Source: Acidimicrobiia bacterium
GTDB taxonomy: Bacteria; Actinomycetota; Acidimicrobiia; Spongiisociales; UBA5794
Assembly (NCBI GenBank): GCA_041605955.1
Contig: JBFIXI010000007.1
Location: 34,807-98,806, forward strand
Reading direction: 5' to 3'
DNA: 64,000 nucleotides
Part shown: piece by piece, positions 48,252 to 58,508 of the stretch
Layout: the number at the start of each line of letters is the position of its first letter
How positions within the stretch are numbered: the first letter of the stretch is position 1
The notes under the pieces: generated by a model
What the model was told of the DNA's origin: nothing
The model's input: the letters and a program-made list of their open reading frames with translations, nothing else
Databases searched by the model: none
Position numbers and translations under genes: made by a program

Positions 48252-48663
48252 TCAGAGGGTGCGGAAGCTCCATCGCAGCGAGCCGGGATCGGGAAGGCCG
48301 GCCAGGCGGTCGAATGAGATCTCGACAACGTGGAATCCCGGCAACCATTCTTCGATCGCCTTGCCCTCTCCGGGCCAGAACACGTAGCGGCCGGTGGCTT
48401 CGGTGACGTCGATATCAGCGGCGGGAATGACGGTGCCGTCGATCACGAGAGTGAGCGAATAGCCGGCGCGCAGATCGATCTCCAGAGCCGTTTGCCGCTG
48501 CACGATGGCGCCGTCGGCCGGGGAGAAGCGCTCGACCGCATCCGGTAACTGGGTGCTGTCGCCCGAAGGGGCGACGACGACTGCGACTACGACGATGACG
48601 CCCAGCAGCAGGCCCAGGAGTGACAGGATGACGCGGTATCGGGTGGGGCTCACGGGAGGGCAT
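48252..48663 (-). CDS. Small single-pass membrane protein, unknown function
   Basis: Only the last roughly 137 codons of track ORF 48252..50033 look genuine (SPTRYRVILSLLGLLLGVIVVVAVVVA... followed by a beta-rich domain). The rest is antisense to dapC. The GTG 48663 start is tentative. Confidence 0.45.
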
Positions 48664-48758
48664 GTTACGTTTCCGGCCCGAGCTGGAATCACCTCCAGGT
48701 GCGGACGCCGGGTCGTAGAGGTCGCTAGCGTGGGTCGCCGCGCTCGAGGGGTATCGAA

Positions 48759-49910
48759 ATGAAGCTGAACCCGGTTCTCGTTCAACTTGGCGCCTATCCC
48801 ATTGCGCTGATCCAGGAACGGGCCCGCTCGCTGGCGGCGGCCGGCAAGACCATCATCGACTTCTCGATCGGCGACCCACGCGAGGCGACTCCGGAGTTCA
48901 TCCCGGAGGCTCTCAAAGCCGCAGTCCCCGCGGTCTCGCAGTACCCGCTGACGGCCGGCACGGCCGAGCTGCGCGCCGCAGTGGCCGCATATGTCGGGAG
49001 GCGATTTGGAGTAGCGATCGACCCGGAGTCCCAGGTGATGCCCACCTCGGGATCGAAAGAGGCGATCTTCAGCTCCCCGCTGGCCTTCATCGACCGCGAC
49101 CGTGGAGACAGTGTGATCTTCGGCACGCCGGGCTACCCGATCTACGAGCGGGGAGCGCTCTTTGCTGGGGCGACGACCGATCCGGTGGTCCTGCATGACG
49201 ATTTCGTGCTGCGAGAGGGCGACGTTCCGGCGGAGTCCTGGGAGCGAGCTCGATTGCTGTGGATCTGCACGCCGCACAACCCCACCGGTGCAGTCACGAG
49301 CGATCGCGATCTCGCCGACCTGGTGCAGGCGGCCCAGGCGGCGGACACGCTGTTGATGTCGGATGAGTGCTACGTGGACGTCTACGAAGAGGAGGCGATT
49401 CCGGGGGGGCCGGGTTCGGCTTTGCAGCACGCCGGTGACGGAGCTCCGGGCGTGTTGGCCTTCTTCAGCTGCTCGAAGCGCTCGGGCATGACCGGCTACC
49501 GGTCGGGGGCCATCGTCGGTGACGCCGCGGCGATCGATGCGTTGAAGCGGCTGCGCACCGCCACCGGTACCGCATCGCCCGAGTTCGTCCAGGCCGCCGG
49601 CGCTGCCGCCTGGGCCGACGACGCCCATGCAGCACAGCGACGCGCCGTCTTCTCCAAGAAGCGGGCGGTGCTGCGGAGCGCGTTCGAGGAGCTCGGCAAA
49701 CCCGTGGTCGCCTCCCGGGCCGGCTTGTACATGTGGGTCCAGGTTGGCGATGACATGGCCACCACCGAACGCCTGCTGGAAGCCGGCATCGTGGTGTCGC
49801 CCGGCCGCTTCTTCGGTGAAGGTGGCGCCGGCTACCTGCGGCTGGCTTTGGTGCCCACGATCGCTGAATGTGAGGCGGCCGCCACTGCGCTCATGGAGGC
49901 ACTGGCGTGA
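48759..49910 (+). CDS. dapC: Class I/II aminotransferase, probable succinyldiaminopimelate transaminase
   Basis: ...IDFSIGDPRE...SGSKEAIF...FSCSKRSGMTGYRSG (PLP Lys). Directly upstream of dapD and dapE. GAGGGG lies 7 nt before the ATG. Confidence 0.7.
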   Translation: MKLNPVLVQLGAYPIALIQERARSLAAAGKTIIDFSIGDPREATPEFIPEALKAAVPAVSQYPLTAGTAELRAAVAAYVGRRFGVAIDPESQVMPTSGSKEAIFSSPLAFIDRDRGDSVIFGTPGYPIYERGALFAGATTDPVVLHDDFVLREGDVPAESWERARLLWICTPHNPTGAVTSDRDLADLVQAAQAADTLLMSDECYVDVYEEEAIPGGPGSALQHAGDGAPGVLAFFSCSKRSGMTGYRSGAIVGDAAAIDALKRLRTATGTASPEFVQAAGAAAWADDAHAAQRRAVFSKKRAVLRSAFEELGKPVVASRAGLYMWVQVGDDMATTERLLEAGIVVSPGRFFGEGGAGYLRLALVPTIAECEAAATALMEALA

Positions 49911-50725
49911 GCGATCTGCGCGACATCGTCGAAGCTGCCTACGCCGGAGAGATCGACATCGAGGCCGCCACCGATGCGGTAACCGCCGTGATCGAGCTGC
50001 TCGATCAGGGACAGCTGCGAGTGGCGGAGCCAACCGACGAAGCCCAGGAGGAATGGCAAGTCAACGAGTGGGCCAAGCAAGCGATTCTCCTCTACTTCCG
50101 GCTTGCCGGTCTGGAGACCACGACCATCGGACCCTTCGAGTATCACGACAAGATCCCCACGAAGAAGGGCCTGGCCGCGGCCGGCATTCGGGTAGTGCCC
50201 CCCGGCACGGTTCGTTACGGGGCGTACTGTGAGCCGGGGGTGATCATCATGCCCGGCTACGTGAACATAGGCGCCTTCGTCGGATCCGGGACGATGGTCG
50301 ATACCTGGGCGACCGTCGGATCTTGCGCCCAGATCGGGCGCAACGTTCACCTCTCAGGCGGGGTCGGGATAGGTGGCGTGCTGGAGCCGCCGAATGCGCG
50401 TCCGGTGATCATCGGCGACGGCGCGTTCATCGGGAGCCGCTGCATCGTAACTGAGGGGACCATGATCGGCGCCGGAGCGATCCTCGGAGCGAACACGTCA
50501 CTCACGGCCTCGATCCCGATCATCGACGTGACCGGGGACGAGCCGGTCGAGCACCGCGGCTACGTGCCGCCGCGCTCGGTCGTAGTTCCCGGTACCCGCC
50601 CCAAGAAGTTCGCGGCCGGGACCGTGCAGCTCGGCTGCGCCTACATCATTGGAAAGCGGAACGAGAGCACGGATGACAAGCTGAGCCTCAACGAAGCGCT
50701 GCGTACCCACGGTGTAGCGGTGTGA
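49907..50725 (+). CDS. dapD: Tetrahydrodipicolinate N-succinyltransferase (short, E. coli-type)
   Basis: 272 aa. Left-handed beta-helix hexapeptide repeats (...GAFVGSGTMVDTWATVGSCAQIGRNVHLSGGVGIGGVLEP...). Confidence 0.85.
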   Translation: MSDLRDIVEAAYAGEIDIEAATDAVTAVIELLDQGQLRVAEPTDEAQEEWQVNEWAKQAILLYFRLAGLETTTIGPFEYHDKIPTKKGLAAAGIRVVPPGTVRYGAYCEPGVIIMPGYVNIGAFVGSGTMVDTWATVGSCAQIGRNVHLSGGVGIGGVLEPPNARPVIIGDGAFIGSRCIVTEGTMIGAGAILGANTSLTASIPIIDVTGDEPVEHRGYVPPRSVVVPGTRPKKFAAGTVQLGCAYIIGKRNESTDDKLSLNEALRTHGVAV

Positions 50726-50729
50726 CCCG

Positions 50730-51782
50730 GTGAACCCGATTCACGAGACGCTGCGATGGCTGGTTGACACACCGTCGGTGACCGGTAACGAAGGCCGTAT
50801 CGCCACTGCGATTGCCCAGCGGTTGCTGCCGTCCTGGAGCATGCAGTCAGTCACCCGGGTGGGTAACTCCCTCGTGGTGGGCGAGCCCGCCGGGCGACCC
50901 CTGATTGCGCTCTACGGGCACACCGACACGGTTCCCGAGCAAGGTAACGGCACGGCCCGGGTCGAGGAGGATCGCATGTACGGCCTCGGCACGTCCGATA
51001 TGAAGGCCGGGATTGCGGTGATGATCCATCTCCTCGAAGACCCGGCGGTTCGGAACGGCGCCTACGACGTCGTGGGAGTGTTCTACGACAAAGAAGAGGG
51101 GCCGGCCGCTGAGAACGGCCTGGAAGAGGTCCTCGACCGGGTTGACTGGCTGGCGGGAGCACAACTGTCGATCGTGCTGGAACCGACCGACCTCCAGATC
51201 GAGCTCGGCTGCAATGGATCGATCAGCGCCGACGTGATCTTCCGCGGCCGGTCGGCTCACAGCGCACGTCCCTGGCTCGGCGAGAACGCAGTCACCAAAG
51301 CTGGAGATTGGTTGGCCAAGCTGCATTCCCGCGCCCCAGAAGCCGTCGTCATCGACGGCCTGGAATATCGTGAGGTCTTCTCGGTCACCAGGGCCACCGG
51401 CGGCATTGCCAACAACATCATTCCCCCCGAGTTCGTTCTGTACCTCAACCACCGATTCCCTCCCATCTACGACCTGGCACAAGCCGAAACGAGGCTGCGG
51501 GACGTGGCCTCCGGAGCGGACGAGGTCGTGATCCGGGACCGGGCGGCAGCGGGTGCAGTCCCGGAGCGCAACGAACATCTGGCTCGTTTCGAAGAGATCA
51601 GCGGCGCCGGCCGCGCAGCCAAGCAGGCCTGGACCGACGTCGCCCGGTTGACCAACCGGGGAATCCCCGCCGTCAACTATGGCCCGGGTGAGGTGGCGCA
51701 GGCCCACCAGGCCACCGAATCGGTCCCGCTGGTGAACCTGGACCGCGCCCTGGAGGCGCTACGCCAGTTCCTGACGAGGTGA
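50730..51782 (+). CDS. dapE: Succinyl-diaminopimelate desuccinylase (M20 family)
   Basis: ...LYGHTDTVP...GLGTSDMKAG... M20 metal ligands. GTG start 4 nt after the dapD stop. Confidence 0.8.
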   Translation: MNPIHETLRWLVDTPSVTGNEGRIATAIAQRLLPSWSMQSVTRVGNSLVVGEPAGRPLIALYGHTDTVPEQGNGTARVEEDRMYGLGTSDMKAGIAVMIHLLEDPAVRNGAYDVVGVFYDKEEGPAAENGLEEVLDRVDWLAGAQLSIVLEPTDLQIELGCNGSISADVIFRGRSAHSARPWLGENAVTKAGDWLAKLHSRAPEAVVIDGLEYREVFSVTRATGGIANNIIPPEFVLYLNHRFPPIYDLAQAETRLRDVASGADEVVIRDRAAAGAVPERNEHLARFEEISGAGRAAKQAWTDVARLTNRGIPAVNYGPGEVAQAHQATESVPLVNLDRALEALRQFLTR

Positions 51783-52400
51783 GCCGGCCACGGTGAGGAG
51801 GGGCAGAGTCGCCTGGACCACCGGCCCTACTCCAAAGGCGAACAGGACCGTGCCGATTCCCACGGTGCCTCCCAGCAGCCAACCGATAGCGAGCACGCTC
51901 ACCTCGATCCCGGTGCGCACGACCCCGATCTGCCAGCCCCGCTTGGCCAGGCCGGTCATCAACCCGTCCCGCGGCCCCGGTCCCAGCCCGGCGCCGATGT
52001 AGAGACTCGTGGCTACGCCGATCAAAGCGACCCCGCCGACGAGGAGGGTCCACCGGATTGCCAGGCTGCTGAACTCGTCGGGCATCCGCCACAGGGTCAC
52101 GTCGATGACGATGCCGATCACGATCACGTTGGCCACCGTGCCGATCCCTAGTTTCTCACGCAGCGGGATCCATCCCACGAGGACCAGCAGCCCCACGAGG
52201 ATCCCGACGGTGCCGAGCAGGATCCCGGTGTTGAACGAAATCCCCTGGTGGAGCACTTCCCAGGGCGACAGCCCCAGCTCGGCGCGCACCATCAGCGCCA
52301 CGCCGACCCCGAACAGAATCAGTCCGACGAACAGCCGAACCAGTCGAGCCGGCATCTCACGCTGCGGGGGAGGGTTGAGAAACAGGTCGGAGAGGGTCAC
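51759..52400 (-). CDS. YczE/YitT-like membrane protein
   Basis: ...LVRLFVGLILFGVGVALMVRAELGLSPWEVLHQGIS... is typical of the YczE family. GTG start. Confidence 0.6.
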   Translation of the reverse strand: MTLSDLFLNPPPQREMPARLVRLFVGLILFGVGVALMVRAELGLSPWEVLHQGISFNTGILLGTVGILVGLLVLVGWIPLREKLGIGTVANVIVIGIVIDVTLWRMPDEFSSLAIRWTLLVGGVALIGVATSLYIGAGLGPGPRDGLMTGLAKRGWQIGVVRTGIEVSVLAIGWLLGGTVGIGTVLFAFGVGPVVQATLPLLTVAGSPRQELA

Positions 52401-52479
52401 CAGGCAGCGAGCCTACCGCGGCGCGGGGTGGCAGAGAACGCCCGCTCACCGCGCCTGCGGACCCGGATCTGGGCTCGGT

Positions 52480-52485
52480 TAGCAT
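52480..52485 (+). promoter_or_regulatory. -10 box TAGCAT, 6 nt before gatC ATG 52492
   Basis: gttagcatcgcgctATG. Confidence 0.4.
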
Positions 52486-52491
52486 CGCGCT

Positions 52492-52782
52492 ATGCCCGTA
52501 CAGATAGACATCGCCAAGGTCGCGTCGTTGGCCCGGATCGCGCTATCGGCTGAGGAGCTGCACCGCTACGGCGAGCAGCTCGGAGCGATCCTGGAGCACG
52601 CCGAGCGTGTCCAGCAGCTGCCCACCGAGGGGATCCCGCCGACGGCCCACCCGGTGCCGATGACCAACACCTTTCGCCCGGACGTGGTGACCGGCTCGCT
52701 GCCGATCGCCGACGTTCTCGCCGCCGCCCCGGACACCGAGGACGGCTACTTCCGCGTGCCCCCGGTCCTCGGGGAATCATGA
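52492..52782 (+). CDS. gatC: Asp/Glu-tRNA amidotransferase subunit C
   Basis: 96 aa. ...VASLARIALSAEELHRYGEQLGAILEH... is followed by gatA and gatB. Confidence 0.9.
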   Translation: MPVQIDIAKVASLARIALSAEELHRYGEQLGAILEHAERVQQLPTEGIPPTAHPVPMTNTFRPDVVTGSLPIADVLAAAPDTEDGYFRVPPVLGES

Positions 52783-54260
52783 GCGATCCGGCCGATCTGA
52801 CGATTCGCGCCGCCGGCGACGCGTTGCGCTCCGGGCAGCTGACGTCTGCCGAGTTGACCGAGGCAGTGCTGGAGCGGGGTCGGATCACGGAGGCCCATCT
52901 ACATGCTTTTCTGACGCTCGATCAAGAGGGCGCCAAGGAGGCGGCGGCAGCGGCCGACGCCGCGCTGGCGGCCGGCCACGACCACGGTCCGCTGCACGGA
53001 ATCCCCATCGCCCTCAAAGACAACATCTGCACCAAGGGCGTCGAGACGACCGCCTCCTCCCAGATCCTGTCGGGTTGGGTTCCGCCGTACAACGCGACCG
53101 TCGTTGACCGGCTGGCGGCCGCGGGAGCAGTCATCGTGGGCAAGACGAATCTCGACGAGTTCGCCATGGGATCGTCCACCGAGAACTCGGCCTACGGGCC
53201 CACCCGCAACCCATGGGACACGGACAGAGTCCCCGGGGGGTCGTCCGGGGGATCGGCGGCGGCGGTGGCGGTCGGTTCGGCCATGGCGGCGCTCGGGTCG
53301 GACACCGGCGGGTCGATCCGCCAGCCGGCCGCGCTGTGCGGGGTCGTCGGCATGAAGCCGACCTACGGGCTTGTCAGCCGATACGGGTTGATCGCCTTCG
53401 CCTCGTCGCTGGACCAGATCGGGCCCTTCGCCAGGTCGGTCGACGACGCGGCCACACTGCTCGAGGCCATCGCCGGCCACGACATCTGCGACGCCACCAG
53501 CATCCGCCGCGACGTGCCCCCGATTCGCCGGTCGATCGATGCCGGAGTGCACGGGTTGCGGATCGGGTTGATCACCGAGCTCAGCGGAGAGGCGATCGAC
53601 GACGAGGTCATGGGAGCGGTCAACCACACACTGGCGGCTCTTGCCGATGCCGGGGCCGACGTCGGGGAAATCTCGGTCCCGAGCTGTGAGTACGGATTGT
53701 CGGCCTACTACCTGATTGCACCGGCGGAATGCTCCGCCAATCTGGCTCGGTTCGACGGCGTCCGCTACGGGTTGCGCGCCGCGGGTGACACCACTGAGGA
53801 GATGATGGCGGCGACGCGCGCCGCAGGGTTCGGGCCCGAGGTCACGCGCCGCATCCTCCTGGGCACCTATGCCCTCAGTGCCGGCTATTACGACGCTTTC
53901 TACGGTCAGGCGCAGCGGGTTCGCACCCTGATCCGGCACCAATTCGCGGCTGCTTACGAGGAGTACGACGTGCTGGTGGCGCCCACCAGTCCAACAACGG
54001 CCTTTCCCATCGGCGACAAGGTCGACGACCCGCTGGCGATGTATTACACCGACGTATGCACCATCCCGATCAACCTGACGGGCGATCCGGGCATCTCGGT
54101 GCCGGTCGGTCTCGATTCGAGGGGTTTGCCGATCGGCTTCCAGGTAATGGCCCCGGCGCTGGAGGAGGCACGGCTGTTTCAAGTCGCCCAGGCCGTCGAG
54201 GATCTCAGCCAGTTCCAGTCCCGAGCGGCGTTGGCGACCTCGGAGGTGGTGGCCCCATGA
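52779..54260 (+). CDS. gatA: Asp/Glu-tRNA amidotransferase subunit A
   Basis: Amidase signature GGSSGGSAAAVAVG...GSDTGGSIRQPAA. 4-nt overlaps with gatC and gatB. Confidence 0.9.
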   Translation: MSDPADLTIRAAGDALRSGQLTSAELTEAVLERGRITEAHLHAFLTLDQEGAKEAAAAADAALAAGHDHGPLHGIPIALKDNICTKGVETTASSQILSGWVPPYNATVVDRLAAAGAVIVGKTNLDEFAMGSSTENSAYGPTRNPWDTDRVPGGSSGGSAAAVAVGSAMAALGSDTGGSIRQPAALCGVVGMKPTYGLVSRYGLIAFASSLDQIGPFARSVDDAATLLEAIAGHDICDATSIRRDVPPIRRSIDAGVHGLRIGLITELSGEAIDDEVMGAVNHTLAALADAGADVGEISVPSCEYGLSAYYLIAPAECSANLARFDGVRYGLRAAGDTTEEMMAATRAAGFGPEVTRRILLGTYALSAGYYDAFYGQAQRVRTLIRHQFAAAYEEYDVLVAPTSPTTAFPIGDKVDDPLAMYYTDVCTIPINLTGDPGISVPVGLDSRGLPIGFQVMAPALEEARLFQVAQAVEDLSQFQSRAALATSEVVAP

Positions 54261-55714
54261 TCGCCCCCAACGGTTTCGAGGCCGTCATCGGAGTCGAGAC
54301 CCACGTCGAGCTGATGACCGCATCCAAGATGTTCTGCGGCTGCCCGGTGGACTTCGGGCAGCCTCCGAACGCCACCACGTGCCCGGTCTGCCTGGGGTTA
54401 CCGGGAGCGCTTCCCGTGCCGAACCGGGAAGCGATCGAGCGGATTCTCATGATCGGGGCGGCCCTCAACTGCCAGATCACCCCGACCTCGTACTTCCACC
54501 GCAAGAACTACTTCTATCCCGACCTCCCCAAGAACTACCAGATATCGCAATACGATGTCCCCGTCTGCCACGACGGCGAGATATCCGTGGACGTCGACGG
54601 CGAGACCGCGCTGATCGGCATCACGCGGGTTCACATGGAGGAGGACACGGGCAAGACGCTGCATGTCGGAGGGGGCGGCCGGATCCACGAAGCCGACTAC
54701 TCGCTCATCGATTTCAATCGCTCGGGAGTGCCGCTGGTGGAGATCGTGACTGAGCCCGATATCCGCACCGCCGAGCAGGCTCGAGCCTACGGAGCTGAGC
54801 TGCAGCGGATCGTCCGCACACTGGGGGTATCGGACGCCCGGCTCGAAGAGGGGAGTATGCGCTTTGACGCCAACATCTCGATTCGGCCGCGCGGCGCGGA
54901 GGACCTCGGCACTCGGACGGAGGTGAAGAACGTCAACTCGCTGCGATCCCTGCAGCGTGCCATTGACTTCGAGATCCAGCGCCAGATCGAGCTGGTGAGC
55001 GGCGGCGGCACCGTCGTCCAAGAGACCCGCCACTGGAACGAGGAGAGCGGTAGTACGACGTCGATGCGCTCCAAGGAGGAGTCGGAGGACTACCGGTACT
55101 TCCAGGAACCGGACCTCATGCCGATCGAAGTATCGCCGGAGTGGCGCGATGCGATCGTGGCCGGCCTGCCCGAGTTGCCGGCGGCTCGCCGGGCTCGCTA
55201 CGGGTCTCTCGGTGTCGACGGCGGGGTGGCCGCGGTGCTGGTGGCCACCGAAGAGCTCGGCGCGTGGTTCGAGGCTGCCATGGACGGAGGTGGTGACCCC
55301 CGCCTCATCGGCAACTGGCTCAGCGGAGAAGTGGTGGCCTGGAGCCGCACCGAGGGCACCGACCTGGCATCAGCTCCGCTGACCGGCGACCATCTGGTCG
55401 AGCTGGCCACCATGGTTGCTGATGGCACGTTGTCCGCATCCGCCGCCAAGAAAGTCTTGGCCGGGGTGCTCGTCGGGGAGGGATCACCCGCCGAAGTGGC
55501 GGCGGCCCGCGACCTCGTGCAGATCTCCGACAGCAGCGTCATCGAACGTGAGGTGGACGCAGTGCTCGCCGCTCATCCCGACGCCGTTGCCGGCATTCGC
55601 GGCGGCGAGACCAAGCTGATCGGGTTCCTGGTCGGACAGGTGATGCGCGCCACGGGGGGCAAAGCCGATCCGAAGCTGGTGTCGAAGATGATCGCCGCCA
55701 AGACTGCCGGCTAG
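54257..55714 (+). CDS. gatB: Asp/Glu-tRNA amidotransferase subunit B
   Basis: MIAPNGFEAVIGVETHVEL..., then CPVCLGLPGALP and ...VNSLRSLQRAIDFE... The start is ATG 54257, because the upstream part of the track ORF overlaps gatA out of frame. Confidence 0.9.
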   Translation: MIAPNGFEAVIGVETHVELMTASKMFCGCPVDFGQPPNATTCPVCLGLPGALPVPNREAIERILMIGAALNCQITPTSYFHRKNYFYPDLPKNYQISQYDVPVCHDGEISVDVDGETALIGITRVHMEEDTGKTLHVGGGGRIHEADYSLIDFNRSGVPLVEIVTEPDIRTAEQARAYGAELQRIVRTLGVSDARLEEGSMRFDANISIRPRGAEDLGTRTEVKNVNSLRSLQRAIDFEIQRQIELVSGGGTVVQETRHWNEESGSTTSMRSKEESEDYRYFQEPDLMPIEVSPEWRDAIVAGLPELPAARRARYGSLGVDGGVAAVLVATEELGAWFEAAMDGGGDPRLIGNWLSGEVVAWSRTEGTDLASAPLTGDHLVELATMVADGTLSASAAKKVLAGVLVGEGSPAEVAAARDLVQISDSSVIEREVDAVLAAHPDAVAGIRGGETKLIGFLVGQVMRATGGKADPKLVSKMIAAKTAG

Positions 55715-55723
55715 CTGCCCGGC

Positions 55724-58492
55724 TCAGCCTGTGTTGCGCAGCCCGGCGGCCAGCCCGTTCACCGTGAGCAACAACGCCCGCTGCAGATCGGCGCTCGTCT
55801 GCCCCGTCTGGCGGGAGCGCTTCAGCAGCGCCGCTTGGAGGTAGCTGATCGGGTCGAGGTACGTGTCGCGTACCGCCAACGTACGCTGCAGAATCGGGTA
55901 GCGGTCGAGCAGTTGGGCATCACCCGTGATGGCCAAGATGTGCGTGAGCGTACGATCGAACTCGTCGACGATCGTCTCCCACACGTGGTGCAGCTCCGGG
56001 GGAACCAGCGCATCGACGTAACGTCCGGCCACCGTGATGTCTGTCTTGGTCAGGGTCATCTCGACGTTGGAGACGAACGTCCGGAAGAAAGCCCACTCCG
56101 AGTACATGCGCTCGACAGTGTCGCTGAGCCCGGCCGCGTGGGCCGCTTCGAGCCCACTGCCGACTCCAAACCAGCCGGGAACAACCTGTCGTGATTGAGT
56201 CCAGCCGAAAACCCACGGGATGGCACGTAGGCTGTCGAGCCCCGTCTTGCCTCCGGGTCGGCGCGCCGGCCGAGAGCCGATATTCATCGCCGTCAGCTCC
56301 TCAACCGGAGTCGATGAGGTGAAGTAGTCGATCAGGTCCGGATGCTCGACTAGGGCACGGTACTTCTGGTAGGCGGCATCGGACACGACGTTCATCGCTC
56401 CGTCCCACATGGCCAGCACGTCGGCGGGCTGCCGGCTCACGCGGTGCAGCAACGACGCCTCGAGAGTGGCGGCCAGAGCAAGCTCGAGGTTGGCGGCGGC
56501 CAATTCGGGAAGGCCGTACTTGTCGGCAATGACCTCCCCCTGCTCTGTGATCTTGATTCGGCCGTCGACCGTGCCCCACGGTTGAGCCAGGATCGCCTCC
56601 CCGGTGGGGCCGCCGCCGCGACCCACGGTGCCCCCCCGACCGTGGAAGAGGCGCAGCTCCACGCCGTGACGGCGGGCCACGTCGCGCAGGTCTCTGGATG
56701 CTGAGTACAAGAGCCATTGGGAAGTGGCGATACCGCCATGTTTCGACGAGTCGCTGTAGCCGAGCATCACTTCCTGGAGATGCCCGCGCAGCTCAACGAT
56801 CCGGCGATACGAGGGTTCCGTCAGGAGGTCATCGAGGATCTGGCCCGAGTGGCGCACCTCGTCGATCGTCTCGAACAGCGGGACGAAGCCGACCCGGGCG
56901 ATGCCGGCCTGCAAGTCGACGAGGCCGGCTTCCTTGGCGAGCACGGCTGCCGCCAGGATGTCATCGGCGCCGCGGGTCTCCGAGACGATATAGCTCTCGA
57001 TGATCTCCGCTCCGAAGCGGTCAATGGCACGGCGAACGGTATGCAGGGTCTGCAGGGTGTTGGCGCTGGCGGGGCTCAATGGCGTCGTCAACTGCGCCAA
57101 CGGCCGCGGATTGGCCAACTCGCTGACCAGCAGGGCAGCGCGGGAAGCCCGCTCCAGCTCGAGGTAGTGGGGCACGTTGTCCAGCCGACCGATGAGCTCC
57201 GCCAACGTATCGTGGTGTTTGGTGGCATGCTCCCGGATGTCCATCGTGGCCATGTGGAACCCAAAAGCCGACACCCGGCGGATCATGCGCAGCAGGCGAC
57301 CTTTGGCAACCAGTTCTCCGCGGTTGGCCTCGAGGCTGCGCTGCATGAGCTCTAGCTCGGCGCGCAGCTGAGTCGCCGATCGGTAGTCGCGTCCGGGCCG
57401 GTGCTCGGTACCGGAGGCGATTCGGGCCCGCGTGTTCATCAACCGCTGGTGGATGTAGGCGCACTTCTGGCGGTACGCCTCGCCGGCCGATAGCCGGGAG
57501 AAGCGGGCGTGCACCTCAGGAAGGTCCAAGGCATCGGCCCGGAGCGCAGCCAGCAGCTCGGGGCTGACCGCGGCAATTCGATCCGATGGGCTGAGGTCGG
57601 TCGCCAACTCCTCGACCGCAGCGATCAGCTCCCGCAGGGCATGGTCATGCTGCATCTCGAGGACTTCGAGAGTCGTGTCCGGCGTGACGAAAGGATTGCC
57701 GTCGCGATCGCCACCTACCCAGGTGCCGAAGTGGAGCGGGGTAGCGTCGGCCGGGAGCTCGACCGTCAGGCGTCCCAATTGGAAGTCGAGCTCGTCGAAT
57801 AGGTCGGCGGCCACGTCGCGGAATATCGCGTCGAAGTAGTAGATGACCGACCTGGCCTCGTCGAGGGGAGTCGGCTGGGTTATGCGTAACTCGTCGGTTT
57901 GCCAGATCAGGTCGATCAGCTCGGCGAGGCGTCGATCGATGCGGTCCCGTTCCGAGTCGGAGATGCGGGGATCGGACCGCTGGGACAGCGACTTGGCGAT
58001 CCGCGTGATCTTGGTGAGTATCGAGCGCCGGGCGGCCTCGGTGGGATGGGCGGTGAACACCGGCCGCAGCTCGAGCCGATCGACCACCGCGGCGATCGTG
58101 TCGTGATCCAGACCGGCCCCCTGAATCCGGTCGACCGTGGACTGGAGGAAGCCGCGTTTGGCACGCGCTCGCGCTCCGTCCTCGTCCAGCCGGTGCGTCT
58201 GCTCGGCGACGTTGGCCAAATAGAAGAACACAGTGAACGCGCGCACCAGCGAGATTGTCATCGGCAAGTCGAGGCGCTCGAGCACCCCGGTCAACTCGTC
58301 GAATGCGGCCCCCTCCGCGTCACCGCGTTGCTCTGCGGCCCGTAACCGCTTGGTGAGGGCACGCACTCGCTCCACCTGGTCGAGGAGCTCCGGCCCTTCT
58401 TGGCGCACCAGCGTCTCTCCGAGCAGGTTGCCGAGCAGCCGGATGTCGGCCCGCAGCGGGGCGTCGGATCGGGATGGTGAGTCGGTGGTCAT
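55724..58492 (-). CDS. ppc: Phosphoenolpyruvate carboxylase
   Basis: ...VFTAHPTE..., ...MLGYSDSSKHGG..., FHGRGGTVGRGGGP, and a C-terminal ...GLRNTG. The start is set at ATG 58492 (MTTDSPSR...). Confidence 0.9.
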   Translation of the reverse strand: MTTDSPSRSDAPLRADIRLLGNLLGETLVRQEGPELLDQVERVRALTKRLRAAEQRGDAEGAAFDELTGVLERLDLPMTISLVRAFTVFFYLANVAEQTHRLDEDGARARAKRGFLQSTVDRIQGAGLDHDTIAAVVDRLELRPVFTAHPTEAARRSILTKITRIAKSLSQRSDPRISDSERDRIDRRLAELIDLIWQTDELRITQPTPLDEARSVIYYFDAIFRDVAADLFDELDFQLGRLTVELPADATPLHFGTWVGGDRDGNPFVTPDTTLEVLEMQHDHALRELIAAVEELATDLSPSDRIAAVSPELLAALRADALDLPEVHARFSRLSAGEAYRQKCAYIHQRLMNTRARIASGTEHRPGRDYRSATQLRAELELMQRSLEANRGELVAKGRLLRMIRRVSAFGFHMATMDIREHATKHHDTLAELIGRLDNVPHYLELERASRAALLVSELANPRPLAQLTTPLSPASANTLQTLHTVRRAIDRFGAEIIESYIVSETRGADDILAAAVLAKEAGLVDLQAGIARVGFVPLFETIDEVRHSGQILDDLLTEPSYRRIVELRGHLQEVMLGYSDSSKHGGIATSQWLLYSASRDLRDVARRHGVELRLFHGRGGTVGRGGGPTGEAILAQPWGTVDGRIKITEQGEVIADKYGLPELAAANLELALAATLEASLLHRVSRQPADVLAMWDGAMNVVSDAAYQKYRALVEHPDLIDYFTSSTPVEELTAMNIGSRPARRPGGKTGLDSLRAIPWVFGWTQSRQVVPGWFGVGSGLEAAHAAGLSDTVERMYSEWAFFRTFVSNVEMTLTKTDITVAGRYVDALVPPELHHVWETIVDEFDRTLTHILAITGDAQLLDRYPILQRTLAVRDTYLDPISYLQAALLKRSRQTGQTSADLQRALLLTVNGLAAGLRNTG

Positions 58493-58508
58493 TGGCGGCG
58501 AGCGTAGC

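Noticed and set aside
48664-50033. Upstream 456 codons of the 593-aa minus-strand track ORF 48252..50033
   Set aside because: This part runs antisense through dapC and into dapD and has a shadow-frame composition. Only the last roughly 137 codons (TM helix plus beta-rich domain) were kept as a tentative gene.
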